Below the pieces are notes generated by a model. It was not told the origin of the DNA. It did no database searches and saw only the letters and a list, made by a program, of their open reading frames with translations. Made by a program: the position numbers and the translations under genes. Positions 26,165 to 33,527 of a stretch of DNA of 47,965 nt are shown piece by piece. The DNA is from Acidobacteriota bacterium (GTDB lineage: Bacteria > Acidobacteriota > Vicinamibacteria > Vicinamibacterales > 2-12-FULL-66-21): positions 1 through 47,965 of the forward strand of contig JANNHC010000361.1 in NCBI GenBank assembly GCA_031404215.1. The letters are read 5' to 3'. Each line of letters begins with the position of its first letter. Positions within the stretch are counted from its first letter, which is position 1.

Positions 26165-26887
26165 TCACCCTCCGGCCTTCGGCGCTGGCGCAGGCGCGGG
26201 CAACGGACGAACCACGCGCGGACTGTGCGGAAGGGTGTCGGCAGCCTGGGGCCTGAACCACTCGGAGAGGCGGATCATGCGGCCGCGCTGGCTTCGGATC
26301 AGTTCGTGTAGCTGCAGCAGGATCGGCATGGTCTCGGCAAGGCTCGCGACGACACCCACACCGCGATCGATCGCATGCTTCCGCATCGTCGGATTTGCGT
26401 CGCGCAGCATCAGCAGGGCCTTGCTCGGCCCGGCGCCGATCACCTCCGCGCAGTTGACGAACTGATCGTCGATCACGAGGTCGAGCCGCAGCGCGTTCGC
26501 CAGGTCGCCCCGCGACCCGGGGACGGTGATGACCGCAGGCAGATAGTAGCCCTGTTGTTCGAGCCACCACTGGGTTTGAAATTGCACGGCATCTCCGGCG
26601 CTCGCGGGACGCTTCGTCAGGAAGCACACTTCCCACTGTCCCGAGCGGGCGAGCGCGTAGAGATTGGCAATCTCAGCCGGTTCGTACGCCCGCACGCCCA
26701 TCCACCAGTTCGGGGTGCGCGCGATGTGGTTCCAGACGCGTTCGATGTCGGGATGGGACAGTGTCGCCTTGTCATCCCCCGCATCGAGCGCGACCTCGCG
26801 CCTCAGGCATTCCCGCGCCGCCTCCCTGAAGGCGCCCCGAAAATCTGCCAGCACGCCGTCGATGTCCACGCCGAGCCTCAGCGCCAT
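26165..26887 (-). CDS. HAD-superfamily phosphatase, 5-prime(3-prime)-deoxyribonucleotidase (NT5C)-like
   Basis: ATG at 26887-26885 shares one nucleotide with the upstream stop (TGATG). N-terminal MALRLGVDIDGVLADF (DxDGV nucleophile motif) and a later LVIDDQ. The longer ORF-track N-terminus is Arg/Gly-rich off-frame sequence. Confidence 0.65.
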   Translation of the reverse strand: MALRLGVDIDGVLADFRGAFREAARECLRREVALDAGDDKATLSHPDIERVWNHIARTPNWWMGVRAYEPAEIANLYALARSGQWEVCFLTKRPASAGDAVQFQTQWWLEQQGYYLPAVITVPGSRGDLANALRLDLVIDDQFVNCAEVIGAGPSKALLMLRDANPTMRKHAIDRGVGVVASLAETMPILLQLHELIRSQRGRMIRLSEWFRPQAADTLPHSPRVVRPLPAPAPAPKAGG

Positions 26888-28236
26888 CAGTCCCTCAAAA
26901 TACTCTTTTCGGAGGGCAATCGCTCGTGGATCGTGATGGCGGCCAGTACCGCGGCCAGTGCCGCGTTGGCCGGCATCACCAGACCCGTCTCCCACAAGCT
27001 CTGCAGCGCGACAGCCATGAGCCCCGTCACCGCCCCGACGCGAATCCAGTACCCCCCGGAAACATCTGCCGCCAGCCGCTCGGGCACGGCACGTGCGAGT
27101 GCGATCAGGGCGCATCCGGCCAGCGCGAACGCGATCGCCCCCCCTTCAGCCATCATTTGCAGGTAATGGTTATGTGCCTGGTTGAACTGCACGTTCCTCT
27201 CGGAGCGCTGGTAGTACAGCATCGCGGTGCGATAGGTTCCCGCGCCCGTCCCCGTCAGCCAGAAGTCACGAAGGATCGGCGCCGTATCCTTCCAGATCCG
27301 TACACGGTTCTCGACGCTCGAACCTGAGCGCGTGAAACGATCAGCCAGAGCCGGCAGGTCCGCCCGGCTCACGCCGAGTCCGATCGTCACCGTGACTGCC
27401 GCCGCCAGCCACCAGCCGCGCCCACGTGTCACACGCTGTCGGAACAGCAGCGCGGCCACCGTCGCGGCGCCCGCCAGCGACACGGTTCCCGATCGCGAGA
27501 GCGACAGGAGCAACGCGCCGATCATGATGGCGCCGGCGGCGGTCAGCCAGAGCGTCCGGCCGTCCGCCATCCGAGCCAGGCGCGTACGCCAGTTGACGGC
27601 GGACGCGTTCGCAGATTCCGTCCTGGTCGCGCGCGCCGCGAGGTACCCGAGGCACACCGGCGCGGCCATGATGACCCAGGTCGCGAAGTGATTCCGATTG
27701 ACGAACGGACCGAAGGGCAGCGGTCCTTCGTACTCCGTGGGAAAGCGCCAGTAAATCATCCGCCCCGCGGTGGCTGCCTGTGCGATCGCCACGGCGGAGA
27801 CCGCCAATCCGATCGCACTGATGCCGCGCGCGGTCTGCCGGACGCCTCCGTGAGAGAACACGGCACGCGCCGCAAGGAAGAGGGCGATGGCGCCCGCAGT
27901 GACCACTGACGCCCAGATGGTCGCCCGCGTGTCGATCGACAGCGGCAACCATGCACGCGCCACCACCGGTTCGAGCGTCAACGCCCCGCGGACCACCGCA
28001 GCGCGCGGCGACACGGCGTGCACGGCGATGCCCGGGAAGGGCACCGACTGGATGAAGAGGTAGGCCGCCAGCGCGCACAAGGTCACGTCCAGCGTCCGCA
28101 GCGGACCACGGCGCGCGACCGCCGGTCTCAGGACGGCGGCAAACAGGACGGCGGCAAGGCCGAAGGGAATCGCGACGGCGGCGGCACGGCCGCCGAAGGC
28201 GGCGAGGGGGCAGACGAGGAGCACAGCGAGCACCAC
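26887..28236 (-). CDS. O-antigen ligase family (Wzy_C) membrane protein
   Basis: 449 aa, multi-pass. Wzy_C signature NQAHNHYLQMMAEGG, preceded by a large loop and helices. Confidence 0.85.
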   Translation of the reverse strand: MVLAVLLVCPLAAFGGRAAAVAIPFGLAAVLFAAVLRPAVARRGPLRTLDVTLCALAAYLFIQSVPFPGIAVHAVSPRAAVVRGALTLEPVVARAWLPLSIDTRATIWASVVTAGAIALFLAARAVFSHGGVRQTARGISAIGLAVSAVAIAQAATAGRMIYWRFPTEYEGPLPFGPFVNRNHFATWVIMAAPVCLGYLAARATRTESANASAVNWRTRLARMADGRTLWLTAAGAIMIGALLLSLSRSGTVSLAGAATVAALLFRQRVTRGRGWWLAAAVTVTIGLGVSRADLPALADRFTRSGSSVENRVRIWKDTAPILRDFWLTGTGAGTYRTAMLYYQRSERNVQFNQAHNHYLQMMAEGGAIAFALAGCALIALARAVPERLAADVSGGYWIRVGAVTGLMAVALQSLWETGLVMPANAALAAVLAAITIHERLPSEKSILRD

Positions 28237-28261
28237 CGCATCGCGCCCGCTGCCGCGACGC

Positions 28262-30529
28262 TCATGCCGCAGGCGGTGCGCTCCCGTAATAGCTCTTGTA
28301 GTTGTACCCGTAGTACCGCGCGTAGTAATACTTGTTCCGATCGAAATCGACGCGGTTCAGCACCACGCCGATCGATCGCGGCTTGCCGGCGCGCAGCGTG
28401 GCGAGCGCCCGCTCGGCGTGGACCCGGCGCGTCATCTCCGACCCGACGACGAACACCACCGCCGACACCATGCCGGCGAGCACGACCGCGTCCGTGACCG
28501 CCAATACGGGTGGCGTGTCCAGCACGATCCAGTCGAACGGGCCGTGACCGAGGTTCGAAATGAAGCTCTTCATCCGTTCGGAAGCCAGCAACTCCGAGGG
28601 ATTCGGCGGGGTGCGGCCGGCCGTAATCACGAAAAGATTCGGCTCCGTCGTGCGCTGCACCGCTTCGCGAACGCGCGCCTGGCCGACGAGCAGGTGCGAC
28701 AGGCCGATGTTGTTCTCGACGCCCATGATCCGGTGCAGGCCGGGCCGGCGCATGTCGGCGTCGATGAGGAGCACGCGCGAGCCGCCCAGCGCCAGCGCCG
28801 TCGCCAGGTTGCACGCGGTGGTGGTCTTGCCTTCGAGCGGCTGGCTGCTCGTGACGGCGATCACGCGCGCTTCGCCCGCGCCCGCCGTGAAGACCAGCGA
28901 CGTGCGCAGCGAACGGAACGCCTCGCCGAAATCATGCGGAACGGGTTCCGACAGGAGCGGCACGCGCTCGCCTCGGATCGCCGGTACCAGGCCAAGCAGC
29001 GGGAGCCCGAGGCGCTTCGAGACGTCCTCCGGTGTCTTCACCGTGTCGTCCAGGTATTCGATGCCGAACGCGAGCCCGAAGGCGACGAGCATGCCGGCCA
29101 GAATCGCCGTGAACCACTCCCGCCGCGTGTTTGGCGAGAACGGCGCGCCCGGCACGTCCGCCCGATCCGTCACCTGCACGTTGTTCGACCGGCTGTTGCT
29201 GACGACCTGCAGCTCTTTCTGCTGCTGGAGCAGCGACTGCCAGAGCTGCCGGACGCTGTCGGCCTGCCGCTGCAGCACGACGTAGCTTCCGCTCTTGCGA
29301 TCGAGATCCATCGCCTCGTTCTTCTGTTGTTCGAGCGACGTGTTGAAGCTTCGTTCCTGTGCGACGGCCGTCTGGTACTCGTTCTTCACGGTCTCGATCA
29401 CGCGCGCGCGCTGCGCGGTCAGGGTTTCACGCGCGTTCTTGATCTCGAGGTCGAGCTTCTGAATCTCGGGATGGTTCGGCAGGTACTTCGCCGAGAGGCT
29501 GGTCTTCCCCGCCAGCAAGTCGGTCAGGCGGTTTTTGGTTTCCACGACGCCCGGACTGGTCGCCACAACCGGAAACGCGTCGGCGGCATCCGACGCCGGA
29601 TCCACCGATTTCAGCTGGTTGTAGGTCGCTTCCTTCTGCATGCGCTCCGTGCGCTGGCGCGTGACCGTCTCGTTGAGCGCGTTCAGCCTCGCAATCGTGA
29701 TGTTCTGCCGATCGCCGAGCGACAGCGCGTTCTGATCTTCGCGATACTGCGTGATGGCGGCTTCCGCGTCGCTGACCTTCTGTTCCTGCTTCGCCACTTC
29801 GTCGCTCAGCCAGCGCAGGTTTTTCTGAATGGTCTCGAGACGCAGATCGAGGTTCTGCGTCGTGTACTCTTCCGCCAGCGTGTTGGCCGCCACGGCGGCA
29901 AACTGCGGGTCCGAGGATTCGTAGACGAGCTCGACGAGTCGCGTCTTGGCCTCCGGCACGATACGGACGCCGCCGAGGAACTGGCTGATGATGGCGGCTT
30001 CCACGGCGTTCTCGTCCGCCCCCGGCGCCTCGGACGCGGCTGGCGGCTGGCGGCGGACGATCGAGCGCACGGCCGTGCCGACCTTCCGGCGCGCATCGCC
30101 GATCATCGTCGCGACGCCCTGCCGGCGAGGTGCGGTGCCGTTGAAGAGCGGATGATTCTGCAGCTGCAGCCTGCGGACGACCCGCTTCGCGAGGCCCCGG
30201 CTGCGCAGGATGCTGTACTGCGTGTTGTAGTACTGATCCGATTCCTGCCAGAACATCGGATCGTTGGCGTTGAGGTTCCCGACGGCGACCGTGCGCTCGT
30301 CCTGGATCATGACCCGCGCGCTGGTCCGATACATCGGGACTTGCGAATAACTCTGCAGCATCATCGCGCCGACCACGACGACGAAGGCGCCGCCGGCGAG
30401 GCGTCGATGCTTGAAGATCGCCGCGAGCCGATCGAGCACGTGCACGGGTTGGGCGCTGCCCGGAACCGGAAGCGACGGGGTATCCATCGTTGTCGCGACG
30501 GAACCGGGCGCGTCCTGGGCGTCAAACAT
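28262..30529 (-). CDS. polysaccharide co-polymerase / tyrosine autokinase (Wzc/GumC type)
   Basis: Wzz-like N-terminal domain with two TM helices and a long coiled-coil periplasmic region. C-terminal P-loop kinase (SSQPLEGKTTTACNLA, VLLIDADMRRP, WIVLDTPPV). Tyr-rich tail (NKYYYARYYGYNYKSYYG). ATG at 30529 is preferred over the ORF-track start 30580, which would overlap the upstream gene. Confidence 0.9.
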   Translation of the reverse strand: MFDAQDAPGSVATTMDTPSLPVPGSAQPVHVLDRLAAIFKHRRLAGGAFVVVVGAMMLQSYSQVPMYRTSARVMIQDERTVAVGNLNANDPMFWQESDQYYNTQYSILRSRGLAKRVVRRLQLQNHPLFNGTAPRRQGVATMIGDARRKVGTAVRSIVRRQPPAASEAPGADENAVEAAIISQFLGGVRIVPEAKTRLVELVYESSDPQFAAVAANTLAEEYTTQNLDLRLETIQKNLRWLSDEVAKQEQKVSDAEAAITQYREDQNALSLGDRQNITIARLNALNETVTRQRTERMQKEATYNQLKSVDPASDAADAFPVVATSPGVVETKNRLTDLLAGKTSLSAKYLPNHPEIQKLDLEIKNARETLTAQRARVIETVKNEYQTAVAQERSFNTSLEQQKNEAMDLDRKSGSYVVLQRQADSVRQLWQSLLQQQKELQVVSNSRSNNVQVTDRADVPGAPFSPNTRREWFTAILAGMLVAFGLAFGIEYLDDTVKTPEDVSKRLGLPLLGLVPAIRGERVPLLSEPVPHDFGEAFRSLRTSLVFTAGAGEARVIAVTSSQPLEGKTTTACNLATALALGGSRVLLIDADMRRPGLHRIMGVENNIGLSHLLVGQARVREAVQRTTEPNLFVITAGRTPPNPSELLASERMKSFISNLGHGPFDWIVLDTPPVLAVTDAVVLAGMVSAVVFVVGSEMTRRVHAERALATLRAGKPRSIGVVLNRVDFDRNKYYYARYYGYNYKSYYGSAPPAA

Positions 30530-30545
30530 CGGGAGGGCTACACCT

Positions 30546-31049
30546 TCACTGCGGACTGACGGGCGGGGCCTGCGATCCAATCGCCGTCACGCCTGCGCTC
30601 GATGCCGCCGAGATGACGGCGGCCGCCGTGTTGACAAAGATGCCGCTGTACCAGGGTTGCCGGGAGGCCAGCCGAACGAAGGTCGCAATCGTCTCCCCGG
30701 GCTCGACGCGGAAGCTCTGACCAACGGCGAGCACCCTGCCATTGTCGTCGACGAGTTCGGTGAGGTACGCGCCGCTCTCGATGCGATCGAAGGCGAACTG
30801 ACCCACCTCGGTCGTGGTGGCCGTCGCATCAATGCGCCCGGTCTGAAGGTTTCGCAGCCGTACGTGAGCGTGTGGGAGCGGCGTGCTGTCTGCGTTCCAC
30901 ACCACGCCGCGCACTGCCGCCACCCGTGCCGGCGCGGCCGTGCCCGCACTCCTGGTGCTTGCCAGCAGACTGCCGTGGAATGCCAAGGCCAGCGCGGTGC
31001 AGGCGATGGACGCCGCGATGGCGCGTGCGTATGTCAGGTTCACTCGCAT
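30546..31049 (-). CDS. small secreted CarboxypepD_reg-like (Ig-fold) protein
   Basis: 167 aa. Signal peptide (MRVNLTYARAIAASIACTALALAFHG). VRGVVWNADSTPLPHAHVRLRNLQTGRIDATATTTEVGQFAFDRIESGAYLTELV matches the carboxypeptidase-regulatory-like fold pattern. First gene of the minus-strand operon. Confidence 0.6.
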   Translation of the reverse strand: MRVNLTYARAIAASIACTALALAFHGSLLASTRSAGTAAPARVAAVRGVVWNADSTPLPHAHVRLRNLQTGRIDATATTTEVGQFAFDRIESGAYLTELVDDNGRVLAVGQSFRVEPGETIATFVRLASRQPWYSGIFVNTAAAVISAASSAGVTAIGSQAPPVSPQ

Positions 31050-31118
31050 CCTCGCTTGAAGGCTGCCGAGGCGTGAAGGTTGCCGAGACCCATGAGCTGC
31101 CGGGGGGACGTCATAAGT

Positions 31119-31147
31119 ACTTTAGTCTAGAGTCAGTAAGCGGACAA
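31119..31147 (-). promoter_or_regulatory. candidate sigma70-like promoter for the minus-strand (wzc-type) operon
   Basis: On the minus strand: TTGTCC (31147-31142), a 17-nt spacer, then TAAAGT (31124-31119), about 70 nt upstream of the ATG at 31049. This is a motif match only. Confidence 0.25.
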
Positions 31148-31514
31148 GCACAAAGCAAGAAACCGACCATGGCGTCCCGCCGGCGCTTCGGAGTTCCCGG
31201 CCCTTCCCTGAGGGTTTGAGGCCCCTCGTCCGGAGCCGGTCCGTGCCGTGTGCCGGGACGGCACAAACGATTACGGTACCGTTGGTCTGAGCCGCTAGAG
31301 GCGCAATTTTGCTAGGCATTTTGCTTGTTCTGCGTGACCCTGTACGCTATCGTCAGTCCGCTCACTTTCCGACTGGAGCAGCTTTGAAATGTGTTGAGCC
31401 GGCCGTGACGGACTACGGCCCAGTTGCGAACCTCTTATTCGCGGAGCGGGCGGCACGACGCTCAAGGGCCGCCAGGGCTCAGAAACTCACCCGTCCGTAG
31501 CGGCAGCCTTTTAC

Positions 31515-32363
31515 ATGGTTCGCGGTCTCGACGCGCTCACATCTCTGACCCTCAAGCATGTTCGCGAGCGCTGGTGGAACGACGCCTTCGGCGAGTTCCT
31601 GGAACAGGCGCTGCGGCCCAAGCCCGGCAAGCGCATCCTGGACGTCGGATGCGGTGTCGGCACCGCGGAGATCAGCCTGGCGCGCCTGCAGGTGTCCCAG
31701 CTGCAGCTGTTCGGCGTCGATCGCCTCGTAGAACGCGTGCGGGAAGCGCGCGGCAGGATCCGCGGGATTAACGCGCGCGCGGGGTTTGCGGCGGCCGATG
31801 CCGGTCACCTTCCGTTTGTTGACGGGGCGTTTGACTGCACGTTCTGCGTCGCCGTCCTCCAGCACCTTCGCGACATCCCCGCGGCTCTCGCGGAGCTGGC
31901 ACGCGTGACCCGGCCGGGAGGACGTATTTTTGCCGTCGAGCCGGACAATGCCGAGCGCTACTGGCACAGCTCGATCCCGTCAGGGTTCGAGGCGTACGAG
32001 CTGGGGCGGCGCTTTTTTGCGGCGCTGGCCGTCGCACGCGGTGAAGCGCCGCCAACCGCGATCGGGCCCGCCCTGCCCGGATTGTTCGCGGCAGCCGGCA
32101 TCCATCCGCTCTCGGTCGATCTGTTCCCGGTTTCCGGCTCATACGTCGGTGCGCCGCCTCCCGCGGTGTGGAAGGCACGCGCCGAAGCGATCGAGGCCGC
32201 CATTGCGCTGGCGCCGGATGAATCGTTGCGCCGCCTGGGCACCGATTACGCGGCCGCGGTGGCCCGATACGCCGCCGACGCCACGGCGGCCGGCCCGGCG
32301 TTCGTCGAAATCCAGAACGCGATGCTGTTCGCGTCGGTAGGCCAGCGGCCGGACGCCGCATGA
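31515..32363 (+). CDS. class I SAM-dependent methyltransferase
   Basis: 282 aa. ILDVGCGVGTAEISL and VAVLQHLRDIPAALAELARVTRPGGRIFAVEP. Confidence 0.85.
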   Translation: MVRGLDALTSLTLKHVRERWWNDAFGEFLEQALRPKPGKRILDVGCGVGTAEISLARLQVSQLQLFGVDRLVERVREARGRIRGINARAGFAAADAGHLPFVDGAFDCTFCVAVLQHLRDIPAALAELARVTRPGGRIFAVEPDNAERYWHSSIPSGFEAYELGRRFFAALAVARGEAPPTAIGPALPGLFAAAGIHPLSVDLFPVSGSYVGAPPPAVWKARAEAIEAAIALAPDESLRRLGTDYAAAVARYAADATAAGPAFVEIQNAMLFASVGQRPDAA

Positions 32364-33130
32364 CGGAGGGGTGGCGCGGCTGGGACGACTACGCACCCTT
32401 CTACGACTGGGAAAACGCGCGGACGGTGCGACGGCGCGACGTGGGCTTTTGGCAGCGCCTGGCTGCCGCTGAGGACGGGCCCGTCCTCGAGCTCGGCTGC
32501 GGCACGGGGCGGATTGCGGTACCCGTCGCCCGCGCGGGCGCCCGGATCGTGGGCATCGACAGGTCGGCCGAAATGCTTGCGCACGCGCGCAGGCGAATCG
32601 CCCGCGCGCGGCTTGGCGGCCGCCTGACGCTCGTCCGCGGCGACATTCGCGCCCTTCCGTTCAAGTCCCGCGCACGGTTCAGCGCCGTCCTCGCGGCCTA
32701 CGGCATCCTGCAGTCGCTCACGCGTGAGCGCGATCTGACGCGCACGTTCGAGTCCGTCGCCCGAGTGCTCCGTCGCGGCGGGCTGTTTGCCATCGACGTC
32801 GTGCCCGACCTGCCCCAATGGGAAGAGTACCGGGATCGCGTGAGCCTCAAGGGACGCCGCGGGCGGAACTCGACGCTGACGCTCGTCGAAACCGTCCGGC
32901 AGGATCGACGCCGGCATTTGACGATCTTCGATCAGGAATACCGGGAAACCTCCGGCGGCCGGCGCCGGACGCATCGATTCTCGCTGACGTTCCGCACGCT
33001 CTCGGTCCCGCAGATGACGCGGCGCCTCGAGAAAGCCGGTTTTCGCATCCGCGCCGTGCTGGGAGATTATCAGGGCGGCCCGTGGGACGACCGGGCGGAT
33101 GTCTGGGTGATCCTCGCGTCGAAGCGCTGA
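32360..33130 (+). CDS. class I SAM-dependent methyltransferase
   Basis: 256 aa. VLELGCGTGRIAVPVARAGARIVGIDRSAEML. ATGA overlap with the preceding methyltransferase. Confidence 0.85.
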   Translation: MTEGWRGWDDYAPFYDWENARTVRRRDVGFWQRLAAAEDGPVLELGCGTGRIAVPVARAGARIVGIDRSAEMLAHARRRIARARLGGRLTLVRGDIRALPFKSRARFSAVLAAYGILQSLTRERDLTRTFESVARVLRRGGLFAIDVVPDLPQWEEYRDRVSLKGRRGRNSTLTLVETVRQDRRRHLTIFDQEYRETSGGRRRTHRFSLTFRTLSVPQMTRRLEKAGFRIRAVLGDYQGGPWDDRADVWVILASKR

Positions 33131-33169
33131 TCGGGGTTCGATGGAGTGTCCGCGCCGGAGGGCATGGAC

Positions 33170-33457
33170 GCACTGACGGTCCACCACGAAGAGCACGAAG
33201 GACACGAAGAGCACGAAGACCGCCTGACGCCCCGATCGGCGTCTCCGCTGCCTGTCGCGAAACGCTCGGACTGGCCGGACCGCGCTTCGCGCGGTTCGAA
33301 CGGGAGCTGAGATCGGAAATACAAGCACTTCGTGATCGTGCGGGTGTTTGCATTTCCGATCTCAGCTCCCGCTCGTAACGCCGGCCGAGGCCGGCGTCCG
33401 GCCGGTCCCTCGGCGGGGCGCCTCTTCGTGGTCTTCGTGTCAGCCGTCAGGCCGTGC
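33170..33457. repeat. composite palindromic intergenic element (MITE/REP-like) with 9-bp tandem repeats in the arms and a perfect 20-bp central inverted repeat
   Basis: The left arm has CACGAAGAG/CACGAAGGA/CACGAAGAG/CACGAAGAC in tandem (33185-33220). The right arm has the inverse units CTCTTCGTG/GTCTTCGTG (33422-33439). The outer ends are inverse-related (GCAC..TGACGG at 33170-33179 versus CCGTCAGGCCGTGC at 33444-33457). The central stem CGGGAGCTGAGATCGGAAAT (33301-33320) pairs perfectly with 33352-33371 around a 31-nt loop that contains one more CTTCGTG. Confidence 0.65.
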
Positions 33458-33527
33458 AGCGGTCCGATGAACCGCGTGCCGTGGTAAGATGAGCGCTCAA
33501 TTTCAGCAAATTCTCTGGAGTTTCATC

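Noticed and set aside
28418-30559. 713-aa plus-strand ORF antisense to the Wzc-type gene
   Set aside because: Arg/His/Asp/Leu-rich low-complexity translation with no recognisable motifs. The minus-strand frame encodes an unmistakable Wzz-plus-P-loop tyrosine kinase.
4838-31049. PEP-CTERM/exosortase system, suggested by the bEBP-like regulator, OM barrel, OPX and Wzc-like gene set
   Set aside because: No exosortase (EpsH-like) membrane protein, no PrsK-type kinase and no PEP-CTERM tail were found. The C-terminus of the 30546-31049 protein lacks a PEP motif, a hydrophobic helix and a basic end.
31141-31170. CACAAAGCAAGAAACC, vaguely reminiscent of c-di-GMP-I (GEMM-I) riboswitch conserved segments
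   Set aside because: It lies on the wrong strand for the wzc-type operon leader. The paired P1/P2 helices and the tetraloop-receptor arrangement cannot be built around it.
31296-31316. Possible sigma54 (-24/-12) promoter GGCGCAATTTTGC upstream of the methyltransferase pair, considered because of the bEBP-like regulator
   Set aside because: The GG-to-GC spacing is 9 nt rather than the canonical 10, and the flanks do not match TGGCAC/TTGCW. The local regulator also lacks the GAFTGA loop needed for sigma54 contact. TGGCAG at 4722-4727 likewise has no properly spaced GC element.
31309-31500. 63-aa ORF (and the 31122-31319 minus-strand ORF) in the long divergent intergenic region
   Set aside because: No RBS, no recognisable motif and unremarkable composition. 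More likely untranslated leader or promoter DNA. Left as a non-coding region of interest.
33185-33220. 9-bp tandem repeats considered as a CRISPR array or as a His/Glu-rich coding repeat (HEEHEGHEEHED in ORF 32818-33378; VLFVSFVLFVV in ORF 32246-33328)
   Set aside because: The units are contiguous with no spacers and are far shorter than CRISPR repeats. The ORFs spanning them are otherwise Arg/Pro-rich, overlap real genes, and the repeats are part of a palindromic non-coding element.
33290-33305. GGTTCGAAC, a tRNA T-loop-like sequence
   Set aside because: No acceptor, D or anticodon arms can be drawn around it. It is simply the flank of the central hairpin of the palindromic element.
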